Shown here in pieces: positions 7,036 through 14,258 of a stretch of 14,258 nt of DNA. The translations under genes were made by a program, and so were the position numbers. Source of the DNA: an uncultured delta proteobacterium (GTDB lineage: Bacteria > Desulfobacterota > Binatia > Bin18); contig CAVTCR010000080.1 in assembly GCA_963733195.1 (NCBI GenBank), positions 1-14,258 on the forward strand, read 5' to 3'. Below the pieces are notes generated by a model. That model was not told the DNA's origin. It did no database searches and saw only the letters and a program-made list of their open reading frames with translations. Within the stretch, counting starts at the first letter, position 1. Each line of letters opens with the position of its first letter.

Positions 7036-8514
7036 ATGACGCAGGCGTTACATCAGACAGAAACTCAGACGGCCACAAGCTCCCGTTTACCAGTGGTTGC
7101 GATTGTTGGCCGACCGAATGCCGGAAAGTCAACCTTGTTTAATCGGCTGCTTCGTCAACGCAAAGCCGTGGTTGATAACACACCAGGCGTCACTCGCGAC
7201 CGCAATTTTGCTCAAGCTGTGTGGCAGGGGCAACCGGTGCTTCTGGTTGATACCGGAGGACTCGATTTTCAGGATACCGATGGACTGAACTCTCGGGTTC
7301 AGGAACAAACGCGCCTCGCCATGAGCGAAGCAGATGTGATTATTTTTCTTTTCGATGGTCGCGAAGGGCTCAACCCAGCGGACGCAGAGGCGGTCGATCT
7401 TCTCCGCCGCACTGACAAGCCAACATTTTTTGCTGTTAACAAGATTGATGGAGACAAACAGGAAGCAGCCGCCACAGAGTTTTTTGCATTGGGGCTTGAT
7501 CCACTCTACACGATCTCTTCTGCCCACGGTCGCGGCGTCAGTGATCTCATGGAGGCAGTCGCCGAAACCTGGAGTCAGAAGGATTCAAGCACCAAACTTC
7601 GAGCTTCAAGCTTCGAGCCTGAACTCTCCAGCCCCCAGCCCTCAACACCCAACACCCCATTACACGTCGCTATTGTTGGCCGCCCGAATGTTGGTAAGTC
7701 GTCCCTCCTCAATCGCTTGGTCGGCTTTGAGCGGTCGATCGTCGATTCTACTCCCGGCACCACACGAGATGCAGTTGATAGCCTCATCGAATGGGACGGT
7801 AAACAGATTGTGCTGGTCGATACGGCTGGAGCACGGCGGAAGGCCAAGGTTTACGAGCGGATCGAACAGGCGAGTGTGTTCATTGCATTGAAAGCGCTCG
7901 AACGGGCGGAGATCGGGCTGTTGGTCATCGATGCAGTCGAGGGCATGACCGACCAAGAGGCACGCCTCGCCCGTTACGCCTGGGATCGCGGGCGGGCGTT
8001 GATACTGGTCGTCAACAAATGGGATGCTGTCCCTGCCGAACGAAAGAATCAAGCGCGCTACTTGCAGAATCTTCACGATACGATCCCTATTACAAACTCC
8101 CTCCCTGTGGTGTTCCTTTCAGCGCTGACAGGCTCCCGACTGAGCAAACTGCTCCCTGTCGTCATGCAGGTCGCACAAGCCCATGCGCTGCAACTGCCGA
8201 CGACACAGCTCAATCGTAGCTTTCAGGAATGGACCAGACGCACCCCACCACCAAGCTTCAAGGGCAAACAACCAAAGATTTTTTATGTCACCCAAGTCGC
8301 AACCAAACCACCGCAGTTTGTGCTGTTCACCGGCGTACCAGAAGGAATCACCCCAGCCTACGAGCGCTATCTCGAGAATCAGTTGCGAGCGACGTTTGAT
8401 TTACTCGGTACTCCGGTGAAGTTGAATTTTCGCGCACGGAGAAAAGACGAAGAGGTCCACATCAATGACGACGAGAGAACGCGCAACAATAAACGGAGAA
8501 CGAGAACCGCATAG
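7036..8514 (+). CDS. der: Ribosome biogenesis GTPase Der (EngA)
   Basis: Two tandem GTPase domains: GRPNAGKSTLFN/PGVTRDR/DTGG/NKID and GRPNVGKSSLLN/PGTTRD/DTAG/NKWD. C-terminal KH-like domain KIFYVTQ..KPPQF..YERYLENQLR..GTPV. Confidence 0.98.
   Translation: MTQALHQTETQTATSSRLPVVAIVGRPNAGKSTLFNRLLRQRKAVVDNTPGVTRDRNFAQAVWQGQPVLLVDTGGLDFQDTDGLNSRVQEQTRLAMSEADVIIFLFDGREGLNPADAEAVDLLRRTDKPTFFAVNKIDGDKQEAAATEFFALGLDPLYTISSAHGRGVSDLMEAVAETWSQKDSSTKLRASSFEPELSSPQPSTPNTPLHVAIVGRPNVGKSSLLNRLVGFERSIVDSTPGTTRDAVDSLIEWDGKQIVLVDTAGARRKAKVYERIEQASVFIALKALERAEIGLLVIDAVEGMTDQEARLARYAWDRGRALILVVNKWDAVPAERKNQARYLQNLHDTIPITNSLPVVFLSALTGSRLSKLLPVVMQVAQAHALQLPTTQLNRSFQEWTRRTPPPSFKGKQPKIFYVTQVATKPPQFVLFTGVPEGITPAYERYLENQLRATFDLLGTPVKLNFRARRKDEEVHINDDERTRNNKRRTRTA
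7584..7660 (+). repeat. Degenerate 7-nt tandem repeat tract inside the der inter-domain linker
   Basis: ttcaagc accaaac ttcgagc ttcaagc ttcgagc ctgaact ctccagc ccccagc cctcaac acccaac accccat (11 units, period 7). Confidence 0.7.
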
Positions 8515-8666
8515 ATTGTTTTCCGGTCAGTATTCCTCACTCGTTGAGACAGAAACTTCAACAAACATGTGAACAAATGGAAATCCAGTAACCAGCGTAT
8601 GCGCCGGTCAATCAGGTTGCGGTTTCCCAGAGCCGCTGCGGCTTCCTGTTTCCAGATACCGAAACA

Positions 8667-9788
8667 TCACCTTACGCGATAAGGGCGAAAAAGGGGTAAA
8701 CTTGCCGGTATGAAACAACAACCGATAGCCGATTTGTATTCCGATTACTTGCTGGCGTCGTTTGGAGCAACCACGGCGACGGGGCTGAGCGAACTGCTGG
8801 AGGGGGAACTCAGCCACGATCAAGTGAGCCGATACTTGGCGGGCCCGAAGAAAACCGCGAGCGATCTGTGGCGGACCGTCAAGTCGTTTGTCCGGGAGGT
8901 CCAATCTGAGCAAGGGGTGTTGATCATTGACGACTCGATCGAGGAGAAGCCGTATACCGACGAGAACGATATTGTCTGTTGGCACTACGACCACTCTAAA
9001 GACCGGATGCTCAAAGGAATCAACTTCCTGACGGCCTTGTATCACAGCCAAGGCGTGAGTGTTCCCGTGGGCTTCCACTTGGTGGCCAAGACGGAGAAGT
9101 ATACCGACCCCAAGACGCAGAAAGAGAAGCGGCGCAGTCCGGTGTCCAAGAATGAGGTGTGTCGGGCGCTGATCAAACAGGCGGTGACCAACCGGATTCC
9201 CTTTCGCTGTGTCCTCTTTGATGTGTGGTTCGCCTCGGCGGAAAATATGGTCTTTCTCAAACAGCAACAGCACCGCGACTTTATTTGTCCCCTGAAGGCC
9301 AATCGCAAAGTTGCCTTGAGTCAGGCCGACAAGCAGCAGGGCCGGTATGTCAGAGTGGACACCCTGGAGCTGGAGGCGCAGGCCACACGGGAAATCTATC
9401 TGGAAGGAGTCGACTTCCCGCTCATCCTGGTGAAACAAGTCTTCACAAACGAAGATGGCAGTATTGGCCTTCGCTATCTGGTCTCCAGTGAGACCACCTT
9501 GTCGTTTGACGACGTGACCACGACCTATCACACACGGTGGGGAGTGGAATGTTATCATAAGTCGCTCAAACAGAACGTCTCGTTGGCCAAGTCCCCCACC
9601 CAAACGGTGACGACGCAAACCAATCACTTCTTTGCCGCGCTGTGTGGCTTTCTCAAATTGGAGCGGTTGAAAGGGAAAACCAAGTTGAATCATTTTGCGT
9701 TAAAATCGAAACTCTATCTCAAGGCTCTGCACGCGGCGTTCTCTACCTTGCGTACGTTAACGCCTGTTCCAGTCACTGCGTAAGGTGA
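8667..9788 (+). mobile_element. IS701-like (IS4 superfamily, DDE) insertion sequence
   Basis: Perfect 11-bp terminal inverted repeats, TCACCTTACGC (8667-8677) and GCGTAAGGTGA (9778-9788), enclose a single transposase ORF whose stop lies inside the right IR. No flanking direct repeat is seen. Confidence 0.88.
8710..9783 (+). CDS. DDE transposase, IS701-like
   Basis: SHDQVSRYL; LIIDDSIEEKPY (D1); VLFDVWFAS (D2); YHTRWGVECYHKSLKQ (YREK-type motif with catalytic E). Intact, 357 aa. Confidence 0.93.
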   Translation: MKQQPIADLYSDYLLASFGATTATGLSELLEGELSHDQVSRYLAGPKKTASDLWRTVKSFVREVQSEQGVLIIDDSIEEKPYTDENDIVCWHYDHSKDRMLKGINFLTALYHSQGVSVPVGFHLVAKTEKYTDPKTQKEKRRSPVSKNEVCRALIKQAVTNRIPFRCVLFDVWFASAENMVFLKQQQHRDFICPLKANRKVALSQADKQQGRYVRVDTLELEAQATREIYLEGVDFPLILVKQVFTNEDGSIGLRYLVSSETTLSFDDVTTTYHTRWGVECYHKSLKQNVSLAKSPTQTVTTQTNHFFAALCGFLKLERLKGKTKLNHFALKSKLYLKALHAAFSTLRTLTPVPVTA

Positions 9789-9886
9789 GTTCTTGATTCG
9801 ACATGCGGTCCAGCTTGCACACCTTATGTGTGAATGAGTATATTCAGCAGACTTGTGTTGAGTTTTGGACTACGCTACCAGAAGCC

Positions 9887-10606
9887 ATGAGCGACGATAC
9901 AAAATTGCTCGATGTCGAGGATGTCACCAAGCAACAAGCTCTGCCTGCTGGTGGATTCTCTTCTTGGCTCCGTCGCACGCGGAACGCGCAGGTAGAAAAA
10001 GACAGCATCAACGTGCCATGCGGCGAGTGCAACGCTTGCTGTAGGTCGTCTTACTTCATCCACATCGGACCAGAAGAATCCCAAACCCTTAGCCGGATAC
10101 CGAATGAACTTTTGTTCCCCGCACCGGGGCTGCCCAAGGGTAATGTTCTATTGGGTTACGACGAAAAAGGACGCTGCCCCATGCTGGTGGACGACAAATG
10201 TTCGATCTATGAGCATCGGCCACAAACCTGCCGCACCTACGATTGTCGAGTATTCCCCGCCGCCGGAATTGAGGCAGGCAGTGACGATAAAGAACTGATC
10301 AATCGGCGCATACTTCGTTGGAAATTCAGTTACCCCGCGCAGATCGATCGCAAAGAGCATTCCGCGGTACAAGCTGCCGCAACGTTTCTACGAGAGCACG
10401 CTGATTGCTTCCCCGAGGGAGTAGTGCCGAGCAACCCTACGCAGTTGGCTATTCTTGCGATCAAAGTGTACGAGGTGTTCGTCAGTTACTCAGACGCGTC
10501 TGATGGCTCTAGCCGGGCACCTACAGATCTCGAAGTCGCCAAAGCAGTAATAGAGAAAAAGAGACAGTTCGAGGCTAGGCGTCCAAGAAAGCCTCACATC
10601 GCCTAG
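9887..10606 (+). CDS. YkgJ-family cysteine-cluster (CxxCxxCC; putative Zn/Fe-S) protein
   Basis: VPCGECNACC...GRCPML...KCSIYEHRPQTCRTYDCR is the characteristic YkgJ/CxxCxxCC pattern. Start at MSDD (9887) is preferred over 9803. Confidence 0.85.
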   Translation: MSDDTKLLDVEDVTKQQALPAGGFSSWLRRTRNAQVEKDSINVPCGECNACCRSSYFIHIGPEESQTLSRIPNELLFPAPGLPKGNVLLGYDEKGRCPMLVDDKCSIYEHRPQTCRTYDCRVFPAAGIEAGSDDKELINRRILRWKFSYPAQIDRKEHSAVQAAATFLREHADCFPEGVVPSNPTQLAILAIKVYEVFVSYSDASDGSSRAPTDLEVAKAVIEKKRQFEARRPRKPHIA

Positions 10607-10644
10607 GTCTTCGTCTTAATGTCACTCTGATCTCTCGCGGGCCG

Positions 10645-11076
10645 GTGCCCGTGCTGTTCGACATTCGAGGCACACAATGGGTGCGCGGCCTTAGTGCCCC
10701 TGTGGCAGACCACACCCTCTACATTGTCCGAATTACCGGTGCCGAAGTGATCGCTGCCCTGACCCGACGTACCCGGACGGGAAGTCTCACGCAAAGCGCA
10801 GCGCAGAATCCCATGGCCGCGTTTCGTAGCGACTTCGGCGGTTCCTACCTCATTTCTGAGTTGACCCCGGCACTCGTTGAACGCACGATGGACTTAGCGC
10901 AAAGATATGGACTCCGCGGCTACGACGCCGTACAACTTACCGCATCCCTAGATGTGAACACCGAACGGCGCGGATACGGACTTGCTCCGCTCACACTGGT
11001 CTCAGCAGACACAGATCTCAATCAAGCGGCGATAGTAGAGGTGTTAGCTATTGAAAATCCCAACGACAACCCGTGA
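10645..11076 (+). pseudogene. vapC: 5'-truncated PIN-domain (VapC-type) toxin
   Basis: GTQWVRGL...ITGAEVIAALTRR...AQRYGLRGYDAVQLTASL...LVSADTDLNQAAIVEVLAIENPN matches PIN/VapC proteins. The usual N-terminal (Y/F)xDxSALxKxY segment and an upstream antitoxin gene are missing. Confidence 0.75.
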
Positions 11077-11160
11077 TGCTTGATTACAAGACTGAAGCTC
11101 TTTTATCTAACGGCATCAACCTTTGGGCTAGGAAAGCGAAGAATGTAGTCTTGACTTCCC

Positions 11161-11466
11161 TCATAGAGAGCTGTGCGCTGGCCCGTAGCCTGTAGGCGCT
11201 ACGTCCGATATGCAAACGTCGTGCAAAACGGCCAAAGGCGGTGTAGGATGTAGGTCGAGAGGCTCGGCAGTCTTGCGTTCCTTCGTGCTCCATACGTTCG
11301 ATGTACGCCGAAGTAATAGAATACCTACGCCGTCATACCAGCGAGCCTGCGCCTTCTGAAGTCGCCTAAACGAGGTGGCTCGTGTGACCGACGCGCGAAG
11401 GTTTTGTTTAGCGTGGGGCATAAGAAGGCAAAGAAAGTCAAGGCTTGCATTCCTGTATGTTGTCAT
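11161..11466 (-). other. Possible hypothetical ORF or gene remnant
   Basis: 101-aa ORF with a protein-like middle section (LQKAQARWYDGVGILLLRR). No recognised family and no clear SD. Confidence 0.15.
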
Positions 11467-11597
11467 GCCGATTACTCGTCCTGGACATGTTGTGAAGTCG
11501 CGAGGTGTTAGTCTAAGCCTTGACCCTTATAGCGTTCTTTTGTTAGAGGAGCTCTTAAGTCTTTTTGCGTTCCAAGGGGCGATTAGGGGGGTGACTC

Positions 11598-12689
11598 ATG
11601 GCTGAAACTGTTCCAGAGATTCGTCTCGCCTTATTCGGACGCAGCGGATCGGGTAAGACTACGCTATTGTCAAGTTACTATGGGAACCAGCAAAGGAACA
11701 GCTTTGAGGAGTCACATGGCTATCGCCTTGAAGCTGAAAACACTTCAGACGGCAATCAACTTCTCAGCCGCTACTACCAAATGGAGAAATCAGGGAGTTT
11801 TCCTTTAGGAACCGAGTTGTTTTCAGAATATGGCTTTGCATTTAAAGTACACGGTCTAGCCAGTCCGAGCCTTCGCATCGTGTGGTACGATTATCCCGGT
11901 GGCTGGTGGGAGAGGGAACCTCGTGATGCTGAAGAGCGTAATGCGCGAAAGCAAGCGCTCGCGAAATTACTGGCCAGTCATGTTGGTATCCTCTTGGTAG
12001 ATGGATCAACGTATCTCAGCGATGGTCTGCCATACGTTCGACAGCTCTTTGACCAGTTCCGTAACGAAGCACGCAAGATCGCAGATGAATTTGCTCCAGC
12101 GGGACAACCCTTGGATGCTCTACCACAGCAGTGGCTCATCGCGGTCTCCAAAGCAGACGTGCTGCCCAATGGGACGACTGCTGAAGCTGTCTGCAAAGAC
12201 ATTGTTGCTGGCGCGAATGATCAACTCGCCGGCGTTGCACGGGTGTTCAATCCTCGCGCATTCGGTTCACAGTATTTGCTGCTTTCCTCAGTCCGTGGTG
12301 ACGGCAATCGAGTCTTGGACGCGCATGCGTACGTTGGGCTTCCACTCATTGCGCCCATAGCGCTACTTTCCATCCTTGATGAACTCGCAAAGAAGTCGAG
12401 CAAAGGGCAAGGATATGGGACTCTACGTGCAATCTTAGAACGCTTGGCTGCTTTGGCTTCCCTCATTGATCGACTCGATGATCTTCTGCCGCCAAAGTAT
12501 CAACTCCTAACGCAGTTATTAAAGGCATTAGCTCTAAAGGAGGGGCTCGATAAAGGTGTAGATTACTTCCGAGACAAACAGCAGCGGGCGGCTGAAAAGG
12601 GACAGCATTTGGAAGCCGCTGTAGCGGCCATGAAGGCTGAACTCTCGAACGAGGATGCGCAGCGGGCATATTTCCGAAATCAAGGTTGA
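11598..12689 (+). CDS. P-loop (TRAFAC-like) GTPase-domain protein with helical C-terminal extension
   Basis: G1 LALFGRSGSGKTT, putative G2 FPLGT, G3 WYDYPGG, G4 AVSKAD, G5-like LLSSV. The C-terminal ~90 aa are amphipathic/coiled-coil-like. G-rich SD upstream of the ATG. Confidence 0.85.
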   Translation: MAETVPEIRLALFGRSGSGKTTLLSSYYGNQQRNSFEESHGYRLEAENTSDGNQLLSRYYQMEKSGSFPLGTELFSEYGFAFKVHGLASPSLRIVWYDYPGGWWEREPRDAEERNARKQALAKLLASHVGILLVDGSTYLSDGLPYVRQLFDQFRNEARKIADEFAPAGQPLDALPQQWLIAVSKADVLPNGTTAEAVCKDIVAGANDQLAGVARVFNPRAFGSQYLLLSSVRGDGNRVLDAHAYVGLPLIAPIALLSILDELAKKSSKGQGYGTLRAILERLAALASLIDRLDDLLPPKYQLLTQLLKALALKEGLDKGVDYFRDKQQRAAEKGQHLEAAVAAMKAELSNEDAQRAYFRNQG

Positions 12690-12706
12690 GTACAACGAGG
12701 ACAGCT

Positions 12707-13788
12707 ATGAGCGAGGATTCGAGCCCCGTTCGAGTGCAGCTAAAGCTTGAGCATCTCTTGTGGCGTACTCGTGGTCGTCACTGGGATTATTTGTTCCTAG
12801 TTGAGCCACATGCTCGGTACGGTCAGGGTTGGTACTCGCTGCACAAGGAAGTCTTCGCAGATTCAGAGCCCCGTCCAGAAGGTGAGCGTTACGTTCTTGG
12901 TGAACTGCTTGACGAGCAAAGTCGGCAACGCATGGTGTTCGTGGGCACCGTCTTTCTAGATGATCACCGGAGAGATGCATTCGGTCGCCCAATTGCACAC
13001 TATATGGTGTGGTTGCGCCCAGATAAAGACCATACGAAGTGAAGAAGAGCATTCCTCAAGACTGGGGTCATGCGGTGCTAAGCCGCGTAGGGTATGCTTT
13101 AGATACCGACGATGTCTTCAACGCTGTCAGTGATGATTATAGCGAAATCCGACGTGCTTTCGAGCGTGCACTCACTGCGACCAATTGGACGATAGAACTT
13201 GAAGGGCCTAATGTAGATCCCACTGAGTACCGGGACGTCGGAGTGATAAGAAAAAAACCAAGAGACATTGTCAACTCGGCTTCTAGTCCACCCTCTGGAG
13301 ATCCTGAACGGTATTTTGTTCATAGCTCTATAGTCCTAAATCTGGTGTTGCTTCCAGCGAGAGAGATTGGGAAGCGAAGTAAATCGTGCCATTACCCAAG
13401 GTGAAGCATGGGCGCTACTCCAGGACCAGGGATCGTTAGCACAAATATTTCCGACTCCGGCGTTGTTGCGGCAGAAGATAAATAATATGGATCATGGCGA
13501 GGTTTTGAGCCGACTCAGAGATTCATTTAGTGGTACCTGGATGATAAATTCATCCAGTCCCAGGCCGAGTTTCTGATAGAACGTGTAATGAAGAGACGAC
13601 TTCCAAAACGATCCAAAGGATTCGACGCAATTATTGATACTTTTGTACAGCATGGCCAGCATACAGTGCTTAGTAAAGTAGCGCCTGATGAGGCACATGC
13701 AAAACTAGCAAAGCAGATCGAGTCATGGGGCGGCAAAGGACGATCTCTTTATTCACAATGTATACGTTCGTCTTTGCAAACAGGCTGA
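12707..13788 (+). CDS. Hypothetical GTPase-associated protein, probably one gene split by about 3 frameshifts
   Basis: SD GAGGA, then ATG at 12707 (alternative TTG at 12686 overlaps the GTPase stop). Consecutive overlapping frames: LLWRTRGRHWDYLFL...RRDAFGRPIAHYMVWL (to ~13035), EVKKSIPQDWGHAVL... (to ~13370), GSEVNRAITQGEAW... (to ~13530), WYLDDKFIQSQAEFLIERVMKRR...SLQTG-stop at 13788. Confidence 0.6.
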
Positions 13789-14054
13789 AAATCAATCGCC
13801 CCCTGAAGACGCATCTAATATCAACGCAGATCAAGAGGACAGAGACAACTCCTGAGCGACCGAAAGTCGGAGTTGTGGGAGCAGGTTTTGAGTCATGAGT
13901 GGAGTTAGTGTCGTCATGGTCTCAGACTTGCCTCACATGCGCCATCTTTTCTCTTGTAGCAATATCTAGCCATAAAACATAACTGCCAGTGGTTACGTGC
14001 GCAATCGGACCACACGATATTGGCGCACTGCCGACCACAACCACTCATGCAGAG

Positions 14055-14164
14055 CCTTTCGACTGTGCTCAGGATAGACTACGCGTACAAGGCGAAAGCG
14101 AAGCACGCGAAGGCCCTGATGTACCGCCCTTCGACTCCGCTGCGCTACGCTCAGGACGAACGGG
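14055..14164. repeat. Two CTTCGAC...GCTCAGGA REP-like units
   Basis: CCTTTCGACTGTGCTCAGGATAG (14055-14077) and CCCTTCGACTCCGCTGCGCTACGCTCAGGACGAACGGG (14127-14164), the same family as at 267-300 and 6840-6882. Confidence 0.78.
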
Positions 14165-14258
14165 ACACTGCTCCACTACAAATGAGGACGGGTGCGAATC
14201 TTCTGTGGTCCGATTTAGTCCACTTTATCACCGTCTCCGTCGAGACCGTGGCCCGATC

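Noticed and set aside
8520-8665. Gene interrupted by the IS701-like element
   Set aside because: Rejoining the two flanks gave no recognisable ORF in the frames I examined.
8608-9693. 361-aa minus-strand ORF
   Set aside because: Antisense shadow of the IS701-like transposase, with no recognisable motifs.
11100-11550. Integron attC sites (ATCTAAC at ~11105; GTTAG at ~11508 and ~11543)
   Set aside because: The candidate boxes are ~400 nt apart, are not complementary and lack an internal palindrome. No integrase is in the window.
96-14164. CRISPR array or tRNA/rRNA genes
   Set aside because: The repeats are dispersed, degenerate palindromes without regular spacers. No cas genes or tRNA/rRNA-like sequence were recognised.

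Overview
Bacterial DNA with a metabolic/core left half and an accessory right half. Left half: REP-like palindromes; a frameshifted PPOX/pyridoxamine 5'-phosphate oxidase-family gene divergent from a frameshifted Zn-dependent alcohol dehydrogenase; a TnpA-only IS200 abutting the 5' end of a thiamine-diphosphate enzyme gene; a secreted 3D-domain protein; a nitrilase-superfamily protein whose nucleophile Cys appears to be Ala; and der (engA). Right half: an IS701-like DDE element, a YkgJ-type Cys-cluster protein, a 5'-truncated orphan VapC, and a two-gene module. That module is a TRAFAC-like P-loop GTPase followed by an unknown, probably frameshift-split protein with a D-x-x-G-R-P motif, reminiscent of GTPase-associated proteins of NTP-dependent conflict systems. 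It is the best candidate here for an undescribed system. Frameshifts cluster at both ends of the window, which suggests sequencing indels rather than true pseudogenes. All family calls come from motif recognition by eye, not database searches.
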